Shown one piece after another: positions 26,780 through 36,598 of a stretch of 43,946 nt of DNA. The DNA is from a virus. Taxonomy: Duplodnaviria > Caudoviricetes. The stretch spans positions 1-43,946 of IMG/VR virus record IMGVR_UViG_3300005263_000077; one strand, given 5' to 3'. The position numbers were made by a program, and so were the translations under genes. The stretch's first letter is position 1. Each line of letters opens with the position of its first letter. The notes below the pieces were generated by a model. The model had not been told where the DNA came from, did not search any database, and worked only from the letters and a program-made list of their open reading frames with translations.

Positions 26780-28107
26780 TGGCAAAATTTAGGCGTGATG
26801 GCGAGAAAGACCCTCTCGACATCCTCATTGGGGATGATACCCTTGCAGAATCACTGCCAGATGAACCTCTTATCGATTACGATCCGTATGTACCCTTCGT
26901 CTTCGATGAGGCTTCTGTCGTCGATGATTCACGAACCACGCAAGAACGAGCAAGAGGCAGGCGAGGAAGAGATGAAAGCGACATCGAAGGCGGATTTACC
27001 CCCGAGCCTGCGAGCCAAGAATCGACGCAGCAGAATGCTCAAACGCTCCCCAATGGGCAACCTAAGAAAACCACACCTGAGCTCTTGAACATCATAAAGT
27101 CGAATCCCAATGCCATAAAATTGGAGGATATCGACTTTTCCGACGCATCCCAGGTCGATGCCGTCATTGCCGAATTAAAACAGGCGATGCAAAACGGCTC
27201 AGGCGAGATGCGCTACGAAACCGTCCTTCCGGGAGATGCAAGCGGTAGAGCCCCCGGCATCTATGACAAGACAACGGGGCAGCTCGTTCAAGCCTATGGC
27301 GATACCTCCGCCCTTGAAGCGCAGAATTCAGGGATTACTGCCAAGATCGCCGCCCTCTCGAATGGCCAGAGCCCTGAGTACACGGACGCTCTTGCGGCGA
27401 TGCAAAGCGCTCAATCGAAGGTCGCTGGCGGCATTACAAGCTCCGACACGGAAGCAGGGTATGACCGCCTCGATACCCTCATGGGCGGCGACTATAAAGG
27501 CACGATCGATAGCCTCTCTCAAGGCGTTGGCGGCGGGATAACAGGACAGGAAGGCCTTTCCAGTGAAGAAAAGGCTCTCTATCAGCGAGCGAATGAAAAG
27601 GCATTAGCCCAGGAGACTTCGAGCGCTCAGCGCACCTTGAACTCTGTCCGTGCCTCAACTGGCTCCACGATGGCCTTCCTCGCCTCGGCTGATGAAGTGC
27701 GCTCGAAGATCAGCGACCTTAGGACGCAGCAGGAAGTGGGACTCTTGAATGCCGACATGGCCCGGAAGGAAAAGAACTATCAGAATAAGGCCGAGCAATA
27801 CTACGGGCTTCTGGAACAAGGCAGGATTAGCCTTCAGGAATACGAAGAGGGGCTTAGGGCTGAACGGTACAACGCTTTCCAGACGACCGCCGCAACCCTA
27901 ACGCAGATAGCATCGCGAGACTCCGCGGAAATCCAAAACCTCACGCAGCTTGCCGATGTCATCTACACGCAGATCAATGCGCAGAGCGTCAAGAATAAGG
28001 AAGCGTACCAGAACTGGATTGATCGTGCGAATCAGCAAGTCGCCCCGATCAAGAACCTCCTCGATGCCATTCTGGCTCAGGATGCGCTTGTCACGAGCCG
28101 GGATTAG
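26779..28107 (+). CDS. Putative internal virion / ejection protein
   Basis: Helical, A/Q/S-rich; position after nozzle. Confidence 0.55.
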   Translation: MAKFRRDGEKDPLDILIGDDTLAESLPDEPLIDYDPYVPFVFDEASVVDDSRTTQERARGRRGRDESDIEGGFTPEPASQESTQQNAQTLPNGQPKKTTPELLNIIKSNPNAIKLEDIDFSDASQVDAVIAELKQAMQNGSGEMRYETVLPGDASGRAPGIYDKTTGQLVQAYGDTSALEAQNSGITAKIAALSNGQSPEYTDALAAMQSAQSKVAGGITSSDTEAGYDRLDTLMGGDYKGTIDSLSQGVGGGITGQEGLSSEEKALYQRANEKALAQETSSAQRTLNSVRASTGSTMAFLASADEVRSKISDLRTQQEVGLLNADMARKEKNYQNKAEQYYGLLEQGRISLQEYEEGLRAERYNAFQTTAATLTQIASRDSAEIQNLTQLADVIYTQINAQSVKNKEAYQNWIDRANQQVAPIKNLLDAILAQDALVTSRD

Positions 28108-28119
28108 GGAGGAATACCG

Positions 28120-28398
28120 ATGTCGCTTTTCGGGAATAGCTTCACGCAAGAGAGCCAGAACAACGATCTCTTTGGATCCCTAGCATCGAGCCAGGATGCG
28201 CTCATTCAGGCGCGAAAAGATGCCGTCTCCCGAAAGGAAGCCCAAGCTGAAAAGGAGAAAACAGCCAAGGGCGGCTTCGCATCGGGGGCAGCGGGGACTT
28301 TGGGGGCTTTAGGAGGCCTTGCCGCCGTGATCCCTGGGGGCCAGGTGATCGGGGCAGGGCTTGGCGTATTAGGGGCAATCGTAAGCCTTTTCAAATGA
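28120..28398 (+). CDS. Small Gly/Ala-rich ejection/pilot-like protein
   Basis: GAAGTLGALGGLAAVIPGGQVIGAGLGVLGAIVSLF hydrophobic glycine zipper. Confidence 0.6.
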   Translation: MSLFGNSFTQESQNNDLFGSLASSQDALIQARKDAVSRKEAQAEKEKTAKGGFASGAAGTLGALGGLAAVIPGGQVIGAGLGVLGAIVSLFK

Positions 28399-28402
28399 GG
28401 GA

Positions 28403-30211
28403 ATGATGGGAATTTTCGACTCGAATAATGCTTCTCTGCAAATGTTAATCGGCGCACGTCAGAAGAAGAAGGAAGATGATCGCGCGCAAACAGAGCTTGC
28501 CATACAGAAGCGCCAAAACCTCTTCAATAACATTACAGGCGCAGTCTCTGGCATCGCGGGACTCGCAAAAACTGGCTTCGATGCCTACAACACCTTAAAG
28601 CTGCAACCTGAGCGTGAGGCGCTTGCGTTCGGTAGGGAAAAGGAACTCGAAGGGATTAGACATGAGAACGCCCTATCGCAGGATAAGCAGAGGATCGATT
28701 ACGAAACCTGGGCGAAGCGGTTTGACGCCGATTCCACTGCCGCGCTCTCGAAAGCCGGCATCGACCAGGACACCTGGAAAACCATGTACACCACGGCGGC
28801 CTCATCCTCTGAAGCTGACAAAGTGAGAGTCTTTGAAGGGGAACTCACGCGTTATGGCATAGACCAGACAATGGCGCGGCAACTTGCTTCACAAGCCTTC
28901 CAGACCTCGGAGCGTATCGCCTCAGAAGGTTTCCAGACTGCATTCGCACAGCTCGGTTCACAGCTTAAAAAAGGCGAGATGTCCTATAGCGCAGACCTCG
29001 AAGCGAAGGCAGCAGAGAAGGCGAATGAGTATGCCGTTGCGCTTTCAGGAGCGAACACCAAGAACGCGATGCAGATTGCGAAGGCTCAATCGGAGCTTGA
29101 CCTTGCTCGGGATATCGCGCTTCAGGCTGCGAAAACCGATGACCAGAAACAGCTCATTGAACTCGAATATCAGAAGCGCAGCGAAGAGAACGCGCAGAAA
29201 TTCGGCTATGATGTTGAACTCTTAAAACGGCAGACCGAAAGCACCAAAGAAATCGAGACGGTAAAAAACACACTCGGAATCCAGCGCGATTCAGCCGGAT
29301 ATGATTACCAGACTCGCAGGGACGAAATACTTCACGGCTTTGAAATGGAAGGCAAGAAGTTCGACGCCGCGACGCAGAAGGAAATCGTCGATACCCAAAC
29401 CGCCGCCGAGCAAGCTTTGGTAAAAGCCAAAGCCGACTACGATATGGTGATGGCGCTCTTCCAGGCGGGGGATGCTAAAGAATCCGATATGCGCCTCTTC
29501 GAGCAGCAGCTGAAGCTTGCGCAAACGAACCACGCCAATACGATGCTGCAACTTGAAGCCGAGTACGGCTATAAAGCAACGCTTCAGGATGACGAGCAAG
29601 CCGCCGCGATCGAACAAATAAGGGAGCGGGGGGCTATTGATTCCGCGATCAATAAGGCCAACAACCAGAACTCCCTATCGGTCGCAAATCTCAATAAGTC
29701 AGCAGATATCGCGAGCTTGCAGACAAGATATTCTCAGGAGAAAGAATCCTCGATCCTTGAAGGCTACTCTACGCCGTCGGTTGCTCTTGGGATCGCGCAA
29801 ACGAATGCCCGGGAAAACCTCATGGCTTTCAGTAAGCGCGAGCCGACGCAGCTAGAAATCAACCAGGAAGCGGCAAAGGTATTGCGAAGCGACCTCGGCT
29901 TCTTCGAGGGAAAAGGCTATACGGAAGCCGCCGATGTCGCTAGGCGAGCTATACAGACCATAACAGGCGGCCTTGAGCAAAGCCCCCCTCCTCAATCCCA
30001 AGCCACGCCCGGTTCGCATCCCTATATCCCCGGCGCTCCCCCAGGAATGCCCCAGGCGGGAAGCCTTTCTTTCTCACTGAGCCCCGGGGCAACCAGCCTC
30101 ATGAAAGCCCCGGAGGCATGGGTTGATAACGGCGACGGAACCGAAGGACGGCTCGTGCCTAACGGGATAGGCGGCTACAGAATCGAAACACGCCAGAAGG
30201 CCAAGAAATAG
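28403..30211 (+). CDS. Putative ejection protein (long coiled coil)
   Basis: 602 aa A/Q/E/K-rich helical protein in the ejection-protein position. Confidence 0.55.
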   Translation: MMGIFDSNNASLQMLIGARQKKKEDDRAQTELAIQKRQNLFNNITGAVSGIAGLAKTGFDAYNTLKLQPEREALAFGREKELEGIRHENALSQDKQRIDYETWAKRFDADSTAALSKAGIDQDTWKTMYTTAASSSEADKVRVFEGELTRYGIDQTMARQLASQAFQTSERIASEGFQTAFAQLGSQLKKGEMSYSADLEAKAAEKANEYAVALSGANTKNAMQIAKAQSELDLARDIALQAAKTDDQKQLIELEYQKRSEENAQKFGYDVELLKRQTESTKEIETVKNTLGIQRDSAGYDYQTRRDEILHGFEMEGKKFDAATQKEIVDTQTAAEQALVKAKADYDMVMALFQAGDAKESDMRLFEQQLKLAQTNHANTMLQLEAEYGYKATLQDDEQAAAIEQIRERGAIDSAINKANNQNSLSVANLNKSADIASLQTRYSQEKESSILEGYSTPSVALGIAQTNARENLMAFSKREPTQLEINQEAAKVLRSDLGFFEGKGYTEAADVARRAIQTITGGLEQSPPPQSQATPGSHPYIPGAPPGMPQAGSLSFSLSPGATSLMKAPEAWVDNGDGTEGRLVPNGIGGYRIETRQKAKK

Positions 30212-30221
30212 GAATTCCTCA

Positions 30222-33200
30222 ATGACGCCGAAAGAATACCGCAACAAGATTTATGGCCGTACATCCTCGACCATGAGCCCCGAGACCCAAAGCTATGTCG
30301 CCTGGTCGAAAGAAAAGCGGGAGAAGGATGAGAGCCGCCATACGCCGTTGGAATGGGCGCTCAATCTTCTCTCCGTCGGAAACAACATCACGGCGAACAC
30401 AACGGAGAATGTGATGCAATCCCTACAAGGACAGCATGTCCCTTTCTCGGAATACATGGGAGACCTCTTCAAAAGCTTCACGCCGGAAGGCGAGAAGAGC
30501 TTTCGGCAAGTGTTTTGGGGTGATGAGAATGATCCCGGATACCAGGGGATGTTCGGGACTGGTGGGGTGAAAGGAGGCTCGGGCAGTTTCGGAGACAAGG
30601 CCTTCAGGTGGGCTTCCGGGACATTGGCCGATATCGTACTTGATCCTTCGAACTATATCTCCTTCGGCGCGACGAATGCCGCGAAAGCCGCAGCCCAGAA
30701 CGCCGCAGAGCTCAAGATGGTGTCCCGAGCTGCAAATCCTGTCATCGATACGACGCTCTTCAGGGAAGGCTTTAATCGGGACTTCCTTGCGAAGCTTCAG
30801 GATGCCGGAAGGTCGAAGGAAGCCATCGAGTACGCGCAGAAATGGGCGAAGGACGGAACGTTCGCCAAAGAGTACACGCGCTACTATAAAGAGGCGTTAC
30901 GCAAATCGAAGGATGAGTTGAAAGCTGACTTCCTAAAGACGCTCGATAACAAGCCGTACAATCCTCAGGAAGAACTCATTTCATCCAGAATAAAGGGATG
31001 GGCTGAGAGCTATGACGCCTCGCTAAAGAAGCGTATCGATGATCTTGTTGCCAAGGGCGACTACTCCCGCTATAGGGGGGTGAAGGGCGCGAAAACCGAG
31101 CGCGGATTATCTACCGTCGTCGGCAATGAGTCAGAAACCTTGCGAAAGGCGCTCATTGAAAAGACGAATGCGAAGCGCACCTTCTTAAGGGAGAACGCCG
31201 ACGAGATTAATGCCGATGCCTTGAAAGCGGTTAGGTCCAAGCTTCGCGGAGAGAAGGATATTCTCGCAGGCGTAAATAATCCTGCAGTGCGTGAGCTTTT
31301 TGCAGGGGACAAGGGGCTCCTAGCTCACCTTGAGAACTCCGACCTCTTTTCGAAAGTGAACCTCGCTGAATGGGAGAATCCCCTTCTTGGGCTTAATCAT
31401 GCGGGGGAATCGGCGTTTAGGCTCTTTAGGAAAGAACTCAATACTGGCACCCATGAAGGCTTCAACAATGCCGCTAAGCAATGGGACGCATTCAAATCCT
31501 CGATCGGAAACAAGCAAGCAGCTTTCAGTAAAAAAGGAACTACCTATTCCGATGCCTGGTGGTCGCTCATGAACAATTCAGTCGTGGGGCGTACCCGAAG
31601 GCTGTTGGGATTCTCAAACCCCTACGAAACGATGTTGAAGATCAAAGAGCGTGATGCCTCTGAAGCAATGGAATACTCCATCCAGAAATCGGTAAAGGAC
31701 TTCCAGAAAAGGCTTTCAGGATTCTCCGATGAAGAGAAGCTTGAGTACGTGTACCTGAAAAGCCTAAAAGAGAAAATCGGCCAGAAGGAAAAGTATGCCG
31801 GAATGGATTTCAAGACGTTTATTAGGGCAGCGCATGAAAAGGTCAAAGCCGCAACGGGGCAAGCGATCGATGTCAGTGATGAATCCCTAGACTCCCTTTC
31901 ACGGATCGATCAGGAAGTATCGGGCATTTTTAGAAACCTGAAGGAATCTGAAGATGTATGGGCGGCGCTCGGCTACTCGAATGAGATTCAGGAGCTTCCC
32001 GATTATCTCACCTTCATCTCGCAAGGCAAGTCCGCGGCCCCTGTCGGACCTGGGAGGAAGCTAGGGACACAAGCCCAAACGTTCACCAAGACCAAGAAGA
32101 AAGGACTCTTCCAATCAATCTCCGAAACTTCGACCGCCTTGCGCGACATCGTAGATATGCCCGATGACCAGATAGCTGACCTTTTCAAAGACAATGTGAC
32201 ATCGACGAATCTCAATCTCGATGAGATCCTTGCAAGCCGCGTCATCCAGCACTATAGGCTTTCAAAGCGCGTTGACATGATCGAGGCTTTCAAGCCCTTC
32301 GGAATAAAGCTCGACGAGATCACCGTCCCAAGCCAGCATCAGGACCCTTTCAGTCTCCCCCACACCAAAGGCGAAGGCTTTATAGCCTTCTCAGATGAAG
32401 CGGCGGAAAGCCTAAACGCAGCCCGCAAGGAAGGCCGAGCCATGCAGGGGAACATGGCTTCAAATGAGTATGCTGGCCTCATGGGGCTTGAGAGCGTCGA
32501 TGATCCCTACTTCGATGGGTATCTCTTCGATGAGAATGTCGCCTCGATCATCGATAGGACCCTAAAATTCTCATCCAATGACCCGGATATTCAGGCGCTG
32601 CAGAATGTCTTCTCAGGATTCACGCACCTTTGGAAAACCACCGTTACCTCGAATCCCGGATTCCACTTGAGGAATTTCTATTCAAACATGGTCACGCTCT
32701 TCCAGCAGCACGGCCTCGATGCGATCGATGGGGATACGGCGAGGGATGCCGCGATCGCAATAATATCGAGCTTGAATGGCGTTGAAAAAGCAGCAAGCCA
32801 ACTTGGACTTTCTCAAGAAGTGATTCGGTCGGCTCTCGCGAAATCGTATGGGGGACACACTCTTGGTGAATTAGCCGAATATGCAAGGAAGAAAGGCATC
32901 ATCTCCATGACCTTCGGAGGCCGCGATACCAAGGAAGCAGTTGTAGACCTCTTGGGAACGGGGAAGACGGGAGCGATCGAATCGATCGGGAAAGTCTCTC
33001 GCGATGTCGGCTCCCACATCGAAAGCTTTGCCAAAATGGACTCGTTTTTGATTGGCGCTAAGAAGATGCTGAAAGAGGGAGAGAGTATAACGCCAACCAT
33101 GCTCGAATATGCGAAGAACGAGGCAAAGAAATGGTTCATCGATTATGAGGACTTAACCGAGTTCGAAAAAGGCACCATGAAAAAGGTGTTCCCCTTCTAT

Positions 33201-34067
33201 ACCTGGCTACGCCGCAATATCGCCAATCAGGTAGGGCAGATTGTCGCCATCGAAAACTGGCCGACTATGGCGCTTCCTCAGAAACTAATTGGCAGCTTCA
33301 AGGACCAATCAGTGGATATGTCGAAGCTGCCAAGCTATATGCGGGAGGAAGGGGCGGTTCCCGTTGGCCGAGACGATGATGACAATATCATCTTCCTCTA
33401 TCCGCAGCTTCCCATGAATGACCTCAATAAGATTCCTTTCCGTTCAGGTTCCACGCTCAAGGAAACCTTAGGGAATAGCTTCGACGCCTTCATGAATTCG
33501 ATGATCGATGCCGCTCATCCTTTCGTGAAGGCAGGGCTTTCGCTCTATGACTATGTAAATAAGGACGACCGGAATAAGCAGAAGAAAGAGACTTCAGGAA
33601 CCGCCGAGGATATGGCGTTAGCCGTCACTGATTCGGTATTGAGGCTCTTTGGAGAAGCCGCCACGGAGCGCGGTGAGAACGGTAGGCTTATGGTGGATTC
33701 GGATGTGCTCGAAGTCATCCGGGCGCTGGCTCCGCAAATCAAAACCATAGACCGCTTGCTCTCCGGTCCTAAAAGTGTTACAAAAGTATTGCAACTCGAT
33801 ACAGATGTATTGATCTCTGAAGTAGCAGCACGTGACTCAAAGGCCGATAAGACAAGGGCTTTGTGGAACGCGCTCTCTTTTTATGCAGGCATACGTGGAA
33901 CGAACGTCGATGAAAATGAGGAACGTTATAGGCGGGCTCAAGGCGTCTACTACAACGCCCTCGATGCGAAGAACAAGGCAGAGAAAAAGACTTCTGGCTA
34001 TACGTCCAGGTCATTGAAGAGTAGAAGGCAGATGGAGAAAACCTATAGGAGGTTGGGGATTCTGTGA
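30222..34067 (+). CDS. Large internal virion / DNA ejection protein
   Basis: 1281 aa; DIVLDPSNYI, NPGFHLRN, DYEDLTEFE...FPFYTWLRRNI motifs common in large podophage virion proteins. Confidence 0.65.
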   Translation: MTPKEYRNKIYGRTSSTMSPETQSYVAWSKEKREKDESRHTPLEWALNLLSVGNNITANTTENVMQSLQGQHVPFSEYMGDLFKSFTPEGEKSFRQVFWGDENDPGYQGMFGTGGVKGGSGSFGDKAFRWASGTLADIVLDPSNYISFGATNAAKAAAQNAAELKMVSRAANPVIDTTLFREGFNRDFLAKLQDAGRSKEAIEYAQKWAKDGTFAKEYTRYYKEALRKSKDELKADFLKTLDNKPYNPQEELISSRIKGWAESYDASLKKRIDDLVAKGDYSRYRGVKGAKTERGLSTVVGNESETLRKALIEKTNAKRTFLRENADEINADALKAVRSKLRGEKDILAGVNNPAVRELFAGDKGLLAHLENSDLFSKVNLAEWENPLLGLNHAGESAFRLFRKELNTGTHEGFNNAAKQWDAFKSSIGNKQAAFSKKGTTYSDAWWSLMNNSVVGRTRRLLGFSNPYETMLKIKERDASEAMEYSIQKSVKDFQKRLSGFSDEEKLEYVYLKSLKEKIGQKEKYAGMDFKTFIRAAHEKVKAATGQAIDVSDESLDSLSRIDQEVSGIFRNLKESEDVWAALGYSNEIQELPDYLTFISQGKSAAPVGPGRKLGTQAQTFTKTKKKGLFQSISETSTALRDIVDMPDDQIADLFKDNVTSTNLNLDEILASRVIQHYRLSKRVDMIEAFKPFGIKLDEITVPSQHQDPFSLPHTKGEGFIAFSDEAAESLNAARKEGRAMQGNMASNEYAGLMGLESVDDPYFDGYLFDENVASIIDRTLKFSSNDPDIQALQNVFSGFTHLWKTTVTSNPGFHLRNFYSNMVTLFQQHGLDAIDGDTARDAAIAIISSLNGVEKAASQLGLSQEVIRSALAKSYGGHTLGELAEYARKKGIISMTFGGRDTKEAVVDLLGTGKTGAIESIGKVSRDVGSHIESFAKMDSFLIGAKKMLKEGESITPTMLEYAKNEAKKWFIDYEDLTEFEKGTMKKVFPFYTWLRRNIANQVGQIVAIENWPTMALPQKLIGSFKDQSVDMSKLPSYMREEGAVPVGRDDDDNIIFLYPQLPMNDLNKIPFRSGSTLKETLGNSFDAFMNSMIDAAHPFVKAGLSLYDYVNKDDRNKQKKETSGTAEDMALAVTDSVLRLFGEAATERGENGRLMVDSDVLEVIRALAPQIKTIDRLLSGPKSVTKVLQLDTDVLISEVAARDSKADKTRALWNALSFYAGIRGTNVDENEERYRRAQGVYYNALDAKNKAEKKTSGYTSRSLKSRRQMEKTYRRLGIL

Positions 34068-35239
34068 GGACGTTATCAGACGTCGAAAAGATCAAGCAAG
34101 TCGAAGCGCAGAGAAGGCAGGAATCAGCCGTAACGGGGCTTCCTCCGGGCTATATCTTCGGGCTTGAACTCTCCATCCGCAACAATACTCCCTTCCTCTC
34201 CCCTGGGGTTGCTTCCATACGCGGCGCGCTCGTCACCGTCACGAAAGAACAGCTCATTTCAAGCGATTATTGGGAAGTCAGCCGGAAAGCTTCATCGAGC
34301 TACTTTATCTACTTGAGCATCGCAGGGAAGATAACCGTCGAGCGGGCATCTCCGGTACTCGAGCCGGGGCAGTACTACTACAAGAATCCGGTGACAGGCT
34401 CCCGCCATCTTGGCGGCCTACAGACCAATGATGCCGGGCTTCTCATGCGTGTCGTAGCCCGCGATCCAATTTACATAGGCGCGTCCACAACCTTCGAGAA
34501 TGGGTACGATCCTGCAAAGAAGTTAGATTCCTTGGGAGGCCGTTATGCGACTTCCGATGGCGACCGATCGAAACTTGAAATCTTCCCCGATGGAGAACAT
34601 GCGCTGCGGGTCCGCCGATGGGATAGCCTTTCATCCTCCTATAAGGATGTCCTTAAAGTCCTCGTCGATGGGCAGAATGAAGGGGATATCATCATTGGCC
34701 GCTACGATGCAGGCTTTTCAGGAGCCCAATGGGATGAAAGCGAATCGACTTTAAAGCTTCGCGGGAAGATGTTTCAGGAAGATGGTGAAGCCTACCCGAC
34801 GACCGATACCATTAGCCGTTTCTTCTACGGAGAGCGCCCCTTGGGACCGTACAACGCTGATGATTTTTGGGTTTCTGAAGGCTCAATATTCCGTGCAACG
34901 GTGAATAGGAACCAGGGGGAAGGCCTCGAAACCGATTGGCTCTGGTATATAAAGCCGAATCTCGTTTCGGACATTCAATCTTCGAACGGAGATAAATTTC
35001 GCCCCGGCCAATCGGTATCGACGGTGCTATCGGCTCGGGTCTTTAGAAACGGCCAGGAAGTCACCGATTCCTTACCCGATTCTGCATTCAAATGGACGCG
35101 AAAATCCGCGCTCGCCCAAGCGCCTCCCAACGATGATGTCACCTGGAACTACAATCATCAATCGGGCTATCGAACCGTAGAGGTTACGACGGATAGCATC
35201 TATGCCCGAGCCACCTACACGCTGGAAATACTAGAATGA
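34064..35239 (+). CDS. Tail-associated protein
   Basis: C-terminal SSNGDKF...LSARVFRNGQEVTD...FKWTRKS Ig-like tail domain. Confidence 0.6.
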   Translation: MRTLSDVEKIKQVEAQRRQESAVTGLPPGYIFGLELSIRNNTPFLSPGVASIRGALVTVTKEQLISSDYWEVSRKASSSYFIYLSIAGKITVERASPVLEPGQYYYKNPVTGSRHLGGLQTNDAGLLMRVVARDPIYIGASTTFENGYDPAKKLDSLGGRYATSDGDRSKLEIFPDGEHALRVRRWDSLSSSYKDVLKVLVDGQNEGDIIIGRYDAGFSGAQWDESESTLKLRGKMFQEDGEAYPTTDTISRFFYGERPLGPYNADDFWVSEGSIFRATVNRNQGEGLETDWLWYIKPNLVSDIQSSNGDKFRPGQSVSTVLSARVFRNGQEVTDSLPDSAFKWTRKSALAQAPPNDDVTWNYNHQSGYRTVEVTTDSIYARATYTLEILE

Positions 35240-35249
35240 GGAGTACATC

Positions 35250-36590
35250 TTGGGTGTCGTTTCAACAAGTCAGTTTACGCTCTATGATCATAATGATGCG
35301 GCTCCCGTAACCGCCTTCCTTTCGGCCTCGAAAGGCCTTTCCCAGGTCTACACCAAGGATGAATCCGTTACCTCCTATGTGCCTGACTACGCATCGACAG
35401 CCAACGTCCTGACTGCCTATGTGTATGTCAACGGCGTGAATGTTGCGGGAGGCCTTTCAAACCGGAAGTGGGGAACTTCACTTGGGGCATCCGATCTTGG
35501 AACGAATACCGCCACAATCAACAAGGCGACGAATATAGATCCAGCAAGTCCGATCTATCAGGTGTTTTTCGAAGGCGACTACACCGATCCTGTCACTTCC
35601 CTCGTCACGCATGTGAATTCTTCAATCTCGCTTTCCTGCGTAAAGTCAGGCTCGAATGCCGTCTTTGTCCAGGTGAACGGTCAGCTTGTCATTGAGAATG
35701 CCCCCTATGGCAGCAAGAATACGGCGACGGTCACTGCTGATCTCATGCGGGCAGCGGGCGTGGACAACACCAATGTGACCTATAAATGGTTCGTAAGCCC
35801 CTTTGCCGCGAATAACCAGATCGATGCGAATCATGCGGATATCGCTAAGTACAGCTTCAAGACGACGGCAGGAAGCGCCGCGACCATTCCCGCCGACGGA
35901 ACCTGGGCTGATGTCAAATCCATCGTGATTCGAGAAGATGCCGTTACCGATATTGGCCTCTTCATGGTCCAGGCGAAGGATAACGATGGCAATATCTATT
36001 CTGCCTATTTTCAGGTCTATGATGTCTCCGACCCCTACGATGTGAAGATAAATGCCTCGAATGGCAACGTCTTTCAGAACGGGACGGGAACAAAGAACCT
36101 TGTCCCTGAAGTATGGTACGGAGGCTCGAAGGTTGCCGACACTTCAGCCTATACCTATCAGTGGCGGCTCTACGACAAGAACGGCAAGAAATCCGGCTTC
36201 ATCGATACTTCGAAGACTTCTGCTGCGAAGATCATTTCCGCCCATACCACGGGCTCCGCTGCTGCCTTCACCATCCCTGCCCTCGCTTCCGCCCCGATTG
36301 CCGGAGATGTCGTGCGTGTCATCAGCGCTGACGGCCTTTCCATCGAGTCATTCGAAGTAGGTTCCGGCTCAACCACGACCTCGGTAGTCATCAGGGCGGC
36401 CATCAACGGCTTCTCGACCAACTACCCAACAGCATCGCAGTACGTAGGAGGAAAGCTCTGGCTCTATACAGGGACAGGGGCGACCGCTGGCGAAAAATCC
36501 ACGACAGGTACAGTGGCATGCGCCGTGACCGGCGATGATATCGATGGAATGGGCGTCGTGTACGTGGACGCCAATAACCCCAATTACTAA
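35250..36590 (+). CDS. Tail fibre/shaft protein with Ig-like repeats
   Basis: T/S/A/G-rich beta protein; DVSDPY...SNGNVFQNG, YKW/YQW motifs. Confidence 0.65.
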   Translation: MGVVSTSQFTLYDHNDAAPVTAFLSASKGLSQVYTKDESVTSYVPDYASTANVLTAYVYVNGVNVAGGLSNRKWGTSLGASDLGTNTATINKATNIDPASPIYQVFFEGDYTDPVTSLVTHVNSSISLSCVKSGSNAVFVQVNGQLVIENAPYGSKNTATVTADLMRAAGVDNTNVTYKWFVSPFAANNQIDANHADIAKYSFKTTAGSAATIPADGTWADVKSIVIREDAVTDIGLFMVQAKDNDGNIYSAYFQVYDVSDPYDVKINASNGNVFQNGTGTKNLVPEVWYGGSKVADTSAYTYQWRLYDKNGKKSGFIDTSKTSAAKIISAHTTGSAAAFTIPALASAPIAGDVVRVISADGLSIESFEVGSGSTTTSVVIRAAINGFSTNYPTASQYVGGKLWLYTGTGATAGEKSTTGTVACAVTGDDIDGMGVVYVDANNPNY

Positions 36591-36598
36591 GGCTTTCG